A stretch of 64,000 bases of DNA. Source: Bacillales bacterium UBA4951 (GTDB lineage Bacteria > Bacillota_I > Bacilli_A > RFN20 > CAG-826). Under the pieces are notes generated by a model. That model made no database searches and was not told where the DNA came from. It worked only from the letters and a program-made list of their open reading frames with translations. The translations under genes were made by a program, and so were the position numbers. Positions 9,263-18,076 of the stretch are shown here, piece after piece. Positions within the stretch are counted from its first letter, which is position 1, and each line of letters opens with the position of its first letter. The stretch is from contig DHAP01000002.1 in the NCBI GenBank assembly GCA_002397465.1, forward strand, positions 1,509-65,508, given 5' to 3'.

Positions 9263-10317
9263 GATTCGGCCCTCTTTTTCGAGAAGATGATATAAAGGAA
9301 GAACGGTCCGCCGATGAGCGAGGTGATCGCGCCGACTGGAAGCGCGCTTCCATTGCCGATGGCTCTGGAAACGGTGTCGGCCAAAACAACCAAGATGATG
9401 CCGCCAAGGATTGAGGCCGGGATCAAGAAACGGTGATCCTGCCCCAGTATCTTTTTCATGACATGCGGGGCGATGATGCCGACGAAACCGATGACGCCAA
9501 GGAAAGAGACACAGACGGCGGTAATCAAACTAGCGAGGAGCAAGGAGACAAAACGGAAGGGCTCAACCGAAACGCCGACGCTGCGGGCGACCTCGTCGCC
9601 GCTCAATAAGGCGTTGTATTTCCAAGACGAGAACATGAAGTAGCAAGATGAGACAAAGACCACGACGGCCATTATCAAGTCGCTGGAGTAAGTGGCTCTT
9701 CCCAAGTCACCGAAAGTCCAGATGACGGCAGCAGAGAGACCGACGTCGGTGGCGTAGTATTGGAGGATGGTGGTGGCCGCGCTCCAGATGGAGCCGATGG
9801 CCACGCCAGCCAAGACGACCGCGTTAGGTGAGAAGGAACGAAGTTTGCACAAGCCAAGTATCAACAAGACGGAAACGGCCGAGAAAAGGAAAGCGACCAA
9901 AGAGGTCGAGTATAAATTGATGCCTGAGGTGTAGGAAGATAAGTTGTTGCCGGTTGAGAGATAACCGCCGGCCGCGATGACTATCGAGACGTTGGCGCCG
10001 AAGACGGCGGCGTTAGAGACGCCTAAAGTCGAAGGGGAGGCCATGGCATTTCCCAAACTCGTTTGCATGATAAGGCCCGAGACGGCTAAGCCAGCTCCTG
10101 CGATGATGGCGGCCAAGATCCTTGGGATCCTGATGTTCCAGATGATGCGGATGTTGGAATCGCTGCCTTGCTTGAACAAAGCGGCAAAACCATCACTCAA
10201 ACTCATGTTGGACGAGCCGACGAAGAGACAAGCCACCGACAAAAAAAGCGCTATGATGAACAAGATCAATAGAATCAGCCATTTACGTTTTACGCTCAAC
10301 TGTTTGCTTTCTGACAT
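9256..10317 (-). CDS. FecCD-family ABC transporter permease
   Basis: 353 aa, about 9-10 TM. Typical FecCD blocks (RIPRILAAIIAGAGLAVSG, GVIGFVGIIAPH). Confidence 0.9.
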   Translation of the reverse strand: MSESKQLSVKRKWLILLILFIIALFLSVACLFVGSSNMSLSDGFAALFKQGSDSNIRIIWNIRIPRILAAIIAGAGLAVSGLIMQTSLGNAMASPSTLGVSNAAVFGANVSIVIAAGGYLSTGNNLSSYTSGINLYSTSLVAFLFSAVSVLLILGLCKLRSFSPNAVVLAGVAIGSIWSAATTILQYYATDVGLSAAVIWTFGDLGRATYSSDLIMAVVVFVSSCYFMFSSWKYNALLSGDEVARSVGVSVEPFRFVSLLLASLITAVCVSFLGVIGFVGIIAPHVMKKILGQDHRFLIPASILGGIILVVLADTVSRAIGNGSALPVGAITSLIGGPFFLYIIFSKKRAESC

Positions 10318-10397
10318 ATTTTCCTTAAGGAATATAGCACAGAAGAGAAGATAAAAGATATTAATATGAATAATGTATTGTTTTTATTATATTTAAA

Positions 10398-10427
10398 TGG
10401 ACGTTAACGAACATAGTGTTCTATAAT
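10398..10427 (+). promoter_or_regulatory. candidate promoter with overlapping palindromic operator for the TetR gene
   Basis: TGGACG, 18 nt, then TATAAT (10422-10427). The palindrome GAACAtagTGTTC (10409-10421) abuts the -10 element. Confidence 0.4.
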
Positions 10428-10448
10428 ATCCACAAATAAGAGGCAAAC

Positions 10449-11009
10449 ATGGACAAAAGAATCATCAAGACGAAAGAAGCCATTCATAAAGGCTTCTATG
10501 ACATTCTCGAGAAGAAAGATTATGACGCGGTGACGATTCAGGACATCCTCAATGAGTCAGGGGTCTCCCGTTCGGCTTTCTATGCGAACTTCAAATCCAA
10601 AAACGAGGTCCTTTTATCCATTACGTCCGATATTTTTGATCATGTCTTTTCCCATAAGCTTGACGAAGAGAAAACCCATGACTTTTCAAAGAGCAACATC
10701 CTCGACTACTGGCAGTACATCGAGCACTATCTATATCACCTTTCCGAAGAGAAGGAACTCGTCAAAGCCATCTTGAAAAACAGCTGCCGCAGCGTCTTCC
10801 TCAAAGAGACCAAGGAAAAGATCGACCCCCTCTCCAAGATCATCATCGGGGATCAGGGCGAGAAGTATGAAGGAATACCGATGGCTCTCTCAACCGATTC
10901 TTTGACGGAGACGATAATCCTCTCGAGCGAGTATTGGCTCTCCAACGACTGCAAGGAAAACCCCGAGACGATTGTCTCCTATATCAAAACCATCAGCGGC
11001 TGCAAATAA
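10449..11009 (+). CDS. TetR/AcrR-family transcriptional regulator
   Basis: 186 aa with the N-terminal TetR HTH (VTIQDILNESGVSRSAFYANFKSKNEV). Confidence 0.85.
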   Translation: MDKRIIKTKEAIHKGFYDILEKKDYDAVTIQDILNESGVSRSAFYANFKSKNEVLLSITSDIFDHVFSHKLDEEKTHDFSKSNILDYWQYIEHYLYHLSEEKELVKAILKNSCRSVFLKETKEKIDPLSKIIIGDQGEKYEGIPMALSTDSLTETIILSSEYWLSNDCKENPETIVSYIKTISGCK

Positions 11010-11023
11010 ACCGTTTTATCTTT

Positions 11024-11737
11024 TTACCAGGAGAGGCTGATCCGGTTGTTTTCGATTTTGTATGTTATCCGATAAGTGGCGTAACATGTCGGATTGCTCT
11101 CCATGCCTTCGATGGCAAAGGTGCTGATGATATGGCCATTATTTGAGCTAAATGATAAATCCGTTAAGGAAAAGCGGGGATTTTCTTTCTTGTAGTAGTG
11201 GCGGTATCCTGAACAAATGATGCCCTCAATCGTCTCATCCCTCGTCTGTAGTTCTTCATCATTCCAGATGTCGAGATATTCTTTCTCGTATAGAGTGGTG
11301 TCACCTAAAGTGACGGTTAGTTTGGCTTTGCTAGAGACGTCTTTCATCTTAAGACCATCTCCGCTAGATGAGCCTTCTATATAGACATCGGTGTCCCCGT
11401 TCATCATTGCAAAGCCCACGAACTGAGTGAAAGAGACGTCGTCAAGGCTTTGGGAGTTCTTAGGAAAGACGAATGATGTCTTAGCCCCGATTAACTCAGG
11501 TTCACTAGAAGAGCCCTGCCAAAAATAGCCGTTCTCGGCGGTGTAGATCGAACTATCGACCGCGTACTTGATGCCGATAGGTAGGACGATTGCCAAAACA
11601 AGGCAGGGTATGGCGATGGATAGAACAAGCTTGGTCTTTGGTTTTCTCTCAAACTTAGGCGTTTGCCCAGGGAAGAGCTTCTCCCAGTTTTGGGCATAGG
11701 TGGCCTTGATTCTTTTTTGAAGGGCAATCGTATTCAT
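11024..11737 (-). CDS. single-pass membrane protein, anti-sigma-factor candidate
   Basis: 237 aa with one TM (LVLSIAIPCLVLAIVLPIGI). Its start overlaps the stop of the upstream sigma factor gene by 4 nt. Confidence 0.55.
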   Translation of the reverse strand: MNTIALQKRIKATYAQNWEKLFPGQTPKFERKPKTKLVLSIAIPCLVLAIVLPIGIKYAVDSSIYTAENGYFWQGSSSEPELIGAKTSFVFPKNSQSLDDVSFTQFVGFAMMNGDTDVYIEGSSSGDGLKMKDVSSKAKLTVTLGDTTLYEKEYLDIWNDEELQTRDETIEGIICSGYRHYYKKENPRFSLTDLSFSSNNGHIISTFAIEGMESNPTCYATYRITYKIENNRISLSW

Positions 11738-12225
11738 TTGAGTTCCTCCTTTATTTCGTTAAGGGCTTCCCTATATTGTTTCTTGAGCGTGGAGATGGGC
11801 TTCGAAAGAATGGCCGATATCTCGTTCCAGGAAAAAGAGAAGACCAGACGGAGGCCGATTATCTCTTTGTCCTCCTTGCTGAGCGTGTAGGGCAACAAGG
11901 AATCCAAAGGTTCACTAGAAGGTGAAGCCTCCTCTTCGATAGAGAAGAGATACTCCATCTTGGAGTTTTTCTTCGCGATGTCGATGGCTACGCTTTTGGC
12001 GGTCAATAGGAGATAACTTTGAAGGGCTTTGGGCTCCTTGATGGCATCTTTGTTGTTCAATAGCCTCAAGAATGTTTCCTCATAAGCATCGTCAGCGTCC
12101 TCTTTGGTTTTGGTATAGGAAAAGATGACGAAATAGAGAAGGTCATGATAAGCCGTGTAGACTTCCTCTATGGCTTTCTTGTCCCCGGCGATAAAGGCTT
12201 TGGCGGTTTCCTTTGTGACTTTCAC
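11734..12225 (-). CDS. ECF-type sigma-70 family sigma factor
   Basis: 163 aa with recognisable region 2 and region 4 (LRLVFSFSWNEISAILSKPISTLKKQY). Confidence 0.8.
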   Translation of the reverse strand: MKVTKETAKAFIAGDKKAIEEVYTAYHDLLYFVIFSYTKTKEDADDAYEETFLRLLNNKDAIKEPKALQSYLLLTAKSVAIDIAKKNSKMEYLFSIEEEASPSSEPLDSLLPYTLSKEDKEIIGLRLVFSFSWNEISAILSKPISTLKKQYREALNEIKEELK

Positions 12226-12364
12226 TTGTTCCCCTATGATAGATAAGACGATTTTAGCATTTGAATCGTATAAGAAAATTTATCGATGATCGTTATCGAA
12301 TAGTGTACTGATAAAGGAAAACGATGGCAATCGCTGCGACTTTTTATAAAGAAGCTGAATCAAA

Positions 12365-13423
12365 TCACTTCTTTGGCTGTTCTTTGTTTTCGGCCAAATT
12401 CGAGAGGATCTGTTTGAACTGCTCGGGGTTCGCGGCATCCTGAGGATGGGTGATGAGCCTTGAGCTGATAACCAACTGGTTGTATGGGTAATCAACATTA
12501 TTCTTAAAGAAGAGCTGGGCATAGGCTTTGTTCATGTCTCTTTCGGCTTGGAAGCGGTTCTCTTCTTTGCAGTGGCAGACAATCTTCAGTTCCATGCCGC
12601 AGTCGGCAAGGCTTGAAACCCCAACGTATTTCGGGGCGTCCATAGCGCCGGTGATGCTCTTTTTGATCTCGCTGGCGTTGTCTTCGATTAGCTTCTCGAC
12701 CCTTTCAAGGTTCTCATCATAGTCGATGCATATCTTGCAGACGGCCAATGACGGGCAGTTCGAAAGGTTGACGACGGTCGAGATCTGCGAGTTCTTGATG
12801 GTCTTGATGTTGCCTGATGCGTCTTTGATTTTTGTGGCGGTCAAACCAATCTCATCGATGGTGCCTCTATAATCGTCGATGACGACGATGTCGCCGACAT
12901 GGTATTCATATTCGAAGACGATGTTGAGCCCGGCGATGACGTCGGAGATGAAGGACTGAGCCCCTAAGCCAAGGATGAGGGTGACGATGCCTAAGCTGGC
13001 GAGCAAGGTTGCGACGTCAGTGCCCCAGGCGCCTAGGACGCATAAGATGATGGCGATGATGCCAACCCATTTGATGATGGAAGCGATGAGAGAAGAGACG
13101 GTCTTGCCCTTGTTGCTCTTTTTTCCGATGGCCTTCACGATGAGCTGGAGGATTTTGCTCAGCATTCCGATGCCGATGATGATGCAGGCGGAGATGATGA
13201 AGTTGTTGGCGTTGTCGCTGAACCATTTTCCGATGGCCACGAATCCGTTCTCGCTGTCACCGAACAAGTCATAGCCGCTGCCCCAGATCTGGCGTCCAAA
13301 GAGGACGATGAAGAGGGCGGCGATTCCCACGACCCAGAGGATGATGCTCAGAACGAACTTCCATTTTTCCTTGGTTGTTTTGGCTTCCCAAGAAGACTGC
13401 TTTTTTGTTGTTTGTTTTTCCAT
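12365..13423 (-). CDS. mechanosensitive ion channel family protein (MscS-type)
   Basis: 352 aa. N-terminal TM helices followed by the MscS beta-domain pattern (GAQSFISDVIAGLNIVFEYEYHVGDIVVIDDYRGTIDEIGL). AAGGAA RBS. Confidence 0.85.
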   Translation of the reverse strand: MEKQTTKKQSSWEAKTTKEKWKFVLSIILWVVGIAALFIVLFGRQIWGSGYDLFGDSENGFVAIGKWFSDNANNFIISACIIIGIGMLSKILQLIVKAIGKKSNKGKTVSSLIASIIKWVGIIAIILCVLGAWGTDVATLLASLGIVTLILGLGAQSFISDVIAGLNIVFEYEYHVGDIVVIDDYRGTIDEIGLTATKIKDASGNIKTIKNSQISTVVNLSNCPSLAVCKICIDYDENLERVEKLIEDNASEIKKSITGAMDAPKYVGVSSLADCGMELKIVCHCKEENRFQAERDMNKAYAQLFFKNNVDYPYNQLVISSRLITHPQDAANPEQFKQILSNLAENKEQPKK

Positions 13424-13441
13424 AAGTTTGTTTTCCTTTAT

Positions 13442-14320
13442 TTAGATACCGGCTTCAATGCTTGCTATCGTTTTTTCGATGCTTCCTCCTCCTGGGCTGT
13501 CGCCTGGGTCAATCGAATCGACGACGAATGACAAGGTATAGAGTCCGCCTGGCTTGTCGAGGACATAGACATCGTGGGTGCCGACCTCAACGTTATACAA
13601 GCTAAAGACCTTTTCATCATTTTTGATGAAGACGAAACGGTAGTTGCTCCAATAGGAGAAGTCATTGGCTATGTCTAACGTATATGTGGCATAACCATCG
13701 ACGAGGCAGTGGCAGTTCCAGCTGAGGCCATAATAGGCGGTCCTCTTCACGTAGGCTGGGGTGTGGATGGTCGAGGTGTAGTAGGTCTTGACGCTGTTAC
13801 GCTCAACGCCCTTGACCTTGACTAGATATTCGGTGTCATAGTCGAGTTCCGAAACCGTGCTCTGGTATTCTTTGGACTCGCTCACGTCGTATGTGTAGGT
13901 CTTCCCATTGCCTTCGAAGCTCAGGCTCATCTGGATTTTGCTTTCGTTTGCGATGCTCAGCTCATAAGAGATGGTATTCTCGGATACGCTCAAGGAGTCC
14001 ATGGAGACGGTAGGGGTGGTGACAAAGAAATTCGTGGCCACCAAATAGGTTCCGATGAAGAGGGTCGCGGCGGTGGCAAGTAATCCATAACGGAGGGCCT
14101 TGGCGACTTTGACGCTGGTCTTGGCTTTCTTCTTTTTGTCCTTCTCGCTGACCGGCGGGAAAGAGCCATACTGGCTGGCTGATGGCGATTCTTTTTCAAT
14201 CGCCTCTTCGTTTCCGCCTTGCTCTTCGCTCTCTTCGTCGGAGACGAAAGGCTTGCCAAAGAGATCGTTCTCTTCAGTCTCGGCGATGGGATTTTCTTCT
14301 TTTTCCTTACCCGTGGACAT
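13442..14320 (-). CDS. membrane protein: acidic cytoplasmic N-terminus, one TM, beta-rich extracytoplasmic domain
   Basis: 292 aa. TM LLATAATLFIGTYLVATNFFV. It overlaps the upstream gene by 14 nt and lies 18 nt upstream of the MscS gene. Confidence 0.6.
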   Translation of the reverse strand: MSTGKEKEENPIAETEENDLFGKPFVSDEESEEQGGNEEAIEKESPSASQYGSFPPVSEKDKKKKAKTSVKVAKALRYGLLATAATLFIGTYLVATNFFVTTPTVSMDSLSVSENTISYELSIANESKIQMSLSFEGNGKTYTYDVSESKEYQSTVSELDYDTEYLVKVKGVERNSVKTYYTSTIHTPAYVKRTAYYGLSWNCHCLVDGYATYTLDIANDFSYWSNYRFVFIKNDEKVFSLYNVEVGTHDVYVLDKPGGLYTLSFVVDSIDPGDSPGGGSIEKTIASIEAGI

Positions 14321-15140
14321 GGATGAACCTCTTTCTTAATATCGTGGAGCCGGATGAGAGAATGGTCCGATAGGCGTCTCCGCTGTAATCGGATAGATCA
14401 AAGACAAGCTCGATTCTTAAAGGCAAGTGGCCGAGGCATTTGACTCTTCTGGCATCGCCGGGGACCAATCCTTTTTCTTTAAGGGATTCGACGTTAACAA
14501 CTTCTCCCTTCGAGTAACTCTTTTCGATGTTCTCAAGGTTGACCGGGTATTCCTTTCCTTTTGGATAAGGGACCTCCTTGAGCTTTGGCACACGTTTGAC
14601 GGGTTTGGCTTTTCTCTTCTTCCTCTTGACTGGCTTGGTTTTGGCCTTAGCTGGAGCTTCTTCAACTACTGGGGCAACCACTGGGGCTACCGTCTCTTCG
14701 ACTGCAGGAGCAGTTTCTTCAATAATGGGTGTTGTCTCTTTGACTTCAGGGGCAGTTTCAACGACAGAGGGGGCGGCTTCAGCAACGACTGGAGCCTCTT
14801 CTATTTTCACTGGTGTCTCTTCAACAACGGGCGCAGCAACTGGAGCAACGACTGGCGCAATGGCCTTGGCTTTATTCTTGGCGTTAATGCCCATGATGAT
14901 GAAGACCAATGAGGTAGCCAAAAGGATTCCCATGGCGACGGGACCATAGACGCTGGAACCGAATCCAAGGGCTATAAGAGGGATAAAACTATGCAAATCC
15001 CTCTTATTCTTCTTGTCTTCGTATTCTTTTTTGCATTGGACGTAAAAGAAGATTGAGGCCAATAGGACGAGGAGGGACAAGAGATCTCCTCCGATCCATA
15101 AGAGGGAAGAGGCATCGATGCTAGAGGTAAGGATGATCAT
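14307..15140 (-). CDS. membrane protein with Pro/Val/Glu-rich repeat linker and uL15-like C-terminal domain
   Basis: 277 aa. It has N-terminal TM helices and an (A/E)PVV/EET repeat tract. The C-terminal KEYPVNLENIEKSYSKGEVVNVESLKEKGLVPGDARRVKCLGHL...SGDAYRTILSSGS tracks the C-terminal half of bacterial ribosomal protein L15. ATGA overlap with the upstream gene. Confidence 0.6.
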   Translation of the reverse strand: MIILTSSIDASSLLWIGGDLLSLLVLLASIFFYVQCKKEYEDKKNKRDLHSFIPLIALGFGSSVYGPVAMGILLATSLVFIIMGINAKNKAKAIAPVVAPVAAPVVEETPVKIEEAPVVAEAAPSVVETAPEVKETTPIIEETAPAVEETVAPVVAPVVEEAPAKAKTKPVKRKKRKAKPVKRVPKLKEVPYPKGKEYPVNLENIEKSYSKGEVVNVESLKEKGLVPGDARRVKCLGHLPLRIELVFDLSDYSGDAYRTILSSGSTILRKRFIHVHG

Positions 15141-17938
15141 GCTTTGGCCTCCTCTTTCTTCTCGTTTCTCTTATAGCCCCATGCCAAAGCGCTTAAGGCC
15201 AAGATGAAGTATCCGACACATAAGGAGATATGGCAGATGGTGCAGCCAGAGAAGATGCTCATTATGAGCAAGAACCCGGCATAGGAGATAGAGACGCCGA
15301 TAGATATGGCGTCGTAGTGTTTCCTCTCCAAGACCAAGAAATAGAGGGCAAAGAACAAGGCGAAGATGATGATGCCAACGATGGTGATCCAGTGGTAGAA
15401 GCAGGGGCTCTCGGGAATCCCCGTCTCGACTTCTGAATAGGCCTTATAAGCCTTGGAGACATAGGTGTTGATCTCTTCCTTCGTCGTGGCGTTGTCGATC
15501 TTGTCGGTGTAGAAGTTCTCAATCCTCTGAAGCTCGTTTAAGGACGATTCGCTGTACTCGTTGTTGTCGACGAAGGCTTTGTGTTCCTTGCTGACGAGGC
15601 TCATCTTTTCGATGCCATAAAGCCTCACGTCGACCTTTGTGTAGACTTCGTTATACGCTTCATCGATATCGGCGATGGATGAGCTCGGATATTCCATGGA
15701 GCCGACTTCGATGAGGCCTTCGGCGATTATCTTGTCGAGTTTCTCGTCTTCGCAGGTTCGCTTAAGAGCCTCGATCTTCGCGGTGGCGTCGTCTTTGGTT
15801 TTCTGGAAGTCCACGTGGTTGTCGTTGTCGACGTAAATGTCATCGACCGCGAGCTTAAATTCCGCGATGCTTCCTTCGGTGAGGCTCTTGCCTTCGATTG
15901 TGGCGATGGTTTCATCGATGATCTTGATGACGTTGGGGTTGGTTTCGGTGTCTTTTTGCTCTTTCAGCTTCTCGAGTATCTCGTCTTGATAGGCCTTTTT
16001 GACCCCGACCGGGTCTGGGAAGACATAAGAGACGGTCTGCGGGTCACTGTCGACGCTATAGGTGGCAACCGCGCTTTCGACGATGCTGACGATGGTCTTG
16101 CCGGCGATTGAATAGTCAGTGTCCAAGGATATGTCGCCGTTACCATCGCTAGTGATCGAATAGACGCTTCCGGTGCTGTCGGTGAGTTTATATGATGTGT
16201 TCTTCTTCAAAGAAGAGATGACTCCGTTATCCTCGTCGCTCGTATAGGAAGTCGCTGGGACGCCGTTCTGAATGAGGATGTAATAATCGCTTGTGACTTC
16301 AGGGACCGACTCAAGGCAGTTGGTCTCGCTAGTTGAGGGGAGACGGGTGAGCGAGACGATCTTCCTTCCTTCAAAGCTGTGGCGATAGGTGATGATGCCG
16401 CCTTCATTAGATAGATCAGAGGCGGTCAAGACGCTTGTGGTTCCTTCATCAGTGACGATGCGGTAAGAGGCCCCTTCATCGAGGCCGGAGATGATGCCAG
16501 TGTCATAAGCGGAATCTGGCATGGCTAAAACATCCGGCAAAGTGATGGCGGCCGTCGATAAGGAGGCCGGAGCCTCGACTGTGCTTTGGAAACGGATGAT
16601 AAGGCTGCTCTTGGGGGCGAATGAGAGAGTCGTGTTATCTATCTTCGTGTATGAGGCCCCTCCGTCGGTGGAGTATTCCTCGTTGACGGATAAACCAGTC
16701 AGGCTGACTTTCCCATCGCTCGTCGGGGTTTGGACGACGCTATAGCCAGTCGGGCAAGCGCCAGGGGCGATATAGGCAATGGTGATCGAATCGCTGTTGA
16801 CGAAGTTATCAGGGTCATTCGGCAAATGGACGATGGTGATATCGGCATCGAATAAGCTCGGCTGAATGCTTATCTTGCCATCCGTATCGCTTTGCATCGT
16901 GGTGCCATCGACGGAATAAGAGTCTCCAGAGACCAAACCGGTGATGCAAGAGTCACGGTAGTTGGCTTTGGCATCGCTGGCCGGAAGCATCTTGGCTTTT
17001 GTCGAAAAAGAATAAGCCACGCTGTCGTCTGAGGCGTTGTAATTGGTTTTGGCTTTGTAACGGTAGACGAAACTATAAGAGGTGTTCTCCTCCAAGGACC
17101 CGAATACCGGAGTGTCCACATAAGAGACATCCCCAACCTTTTTATATTCGATTGTTTCTCCTTCGACGCTGATTTCATTAAGGGTGATTGAAGTGTCATC
17201 CTTCTCTTTGACGGTGAGGACCGTCGTAAGAGGGGTGGTGTTTTCGGCGTTGGCCACATCGACGGCCAAACTCGAAGAGCATCCGTTGAACAAATCGCTC
17301 TTGGTTGGCGTGAAGAATATGGATAAGCCAGTGGGGCCTTCGCTGACGCTGGGCTTTGAATCAGGGTTCGCCCAAGCCCAAGTGCCATCGACCGTGATGT
17401 TTCCGATGGCCAAAGACAAAGTGGAGCTCGTGCCGCCAGTCAAGGTCGAACTGCTGAGCGGATCCCCATAAGTGATGGAGGATGAGGTTGGCTTATTTAA
17501 ATCGCCGGCAGACAAATCGAGTTTCGAAATCGTAACCTTGGCCGTTGTCTCAGACTCGGCATAGTTATCGGTTGCCGCTTTTTTGGCCGTGATGGTGGCT
17601 TCTCCGACACCGACCGCGCTCAAAGTGGAGCCATTGATGCTGGCTATCGTCGAGTCGCTTGAGGTATATGTGACTGCGCTTGTTTCGTTTCCGGAATCCG
17701 CCAAAGACAAGGAACTCTTTTCGCCATAGGTCAAAGAGAAATCGGACATTGAGATGGTGTTTGCTTTCTTGGCGATGGTTAAAGTAATGTTCTTTGTGAC
17801 ACTTGAAAACTTGGTCTGATTAGTGGGTGTGAAGACGGCTTCAACTCCGGTCGTTCCTTCTTTGACTGTTGGGATTTTATTTGGATTAGACCAAGCCCAA
17901 GAGCCTGTTACGGTCTCTTTTCCGATACCTAGAGACAA
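15137..17938 (-). CDS. large Ig-like-repeat surface protein, C-terminal portion with triple-TM anchor
   Basis: 933-aa ORF whose only possible start is a TTG. It is in frame with ORF 18077-19105 across one TAA. Repeated TYG...L.GG...WAW.NP modules are present. The C-terminus has about 3 TM helices. Confidence 0.6.
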   Translation of the reverse strand: MSLGIGKETVTGSWAWSNPNKIPTVKEGTTGVEAVFTPTNQTKFSSVTKNITLTIAKKANTISMSDFSLTYGEKSSLSLADSGNETSAVTYTSSDSTIASINGSTLSAVGVGEATITAKKAATDNYAESETTAKVTISKLDLSAGDLNKPTSSSITYGDPLSSSTLTGGTSSTLSLAIGNITVDGTWAWANPDSKPSVSEGPTGLSIFFTPTKSDLFNGCSSSLAVDVANAENTTPLTTVLTVKEKDDTSITLNEISVEGETIEYKKVGDVSYVDTPVFGSLEENTSYSFVYRYKAKTNYNASDDSVAYSFSTKAKMLPASDAKANYRDSCITGLVSGDSYSVDGTTMQSDTDGKISIQPSLFDADITIVHLPNDPDNFVNSDSITIAYIAPGACPTGYSVVQTPTSDGKVSLTGLSVNEEYSTDGGASYTKIDNTTLSFAPKSSLIIRFQSTVEAPASLSTAAITLPDVLAMPDSAYDTGIISGLDEGASYRIVTDEGTTSVLTASDLSNEGGIITYRHSFEGRKIVSLTRLPSTSETNCLESVPEVTSDYYILIQNGVPATSYTSDEDNGVISSLKKNTSYKLTDSTGSVYSITSDGNGDISLDTDYSIAGKTIVSIVESAVATYSVDSDPQTVSYVFPDPVGVKKAYQDEILEKLKEQKDTETNPNVIKIIDETIATIEGKSLTEGSIAEFKLAVDDIYVDNDNHVDFQKTKDDATAKIEALKRTCEDEKLDKIIAEGLIEVGSMEYPSSSIADIDEAYNEVYTKVDVRLYGIEKMSLVSKEHKAFVDNNEYSESSLNELQRIENFYTDKIDNATTKEEINTYVSKAYKAYSEVETGIPESPCFYHWITIVGIIIFALFFALYFLVLERKHYDAISIGVSISYAGFLLIMSIFSGCTICHISLCVGYFILALSALAWGYKRNEKKEEAKA

Positions 17939-18076
17939 GACAAACGATGTTCCGCCTGATAGGGCTGAGTTACTTAGCGCCTCTCCATAGGTGATGGTTG
18001 AGGCGGTGGGGGTTGGGACTTCAGAAGAAGTTAAAGGTCTTTTACTGACTGAGATATCTACGGTATTTGAGGCGGA

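Noticed and set aside
10318-10448. A possible cobalamin riboswitch or Fur box upstream of the FecCD-type importer operon.
   Set aside because: Only about 130 nt are available, which is too short for a cobalamin riboswitch. The best Fur-like match (TGAATAATGTATTGT) has too many mismatches.
14427-14949. Plus-strand ORFs of 161 and 123 aa opposite the Pro/Val/Glu repeat region of the uL15-like protein gene.
   Set aside because: They are mirror images of a repetitive tract, giving Gly/Thr/Ser-rich nonsense. The minus-strand frame is continuous with TM helices and the uL15-like domain.
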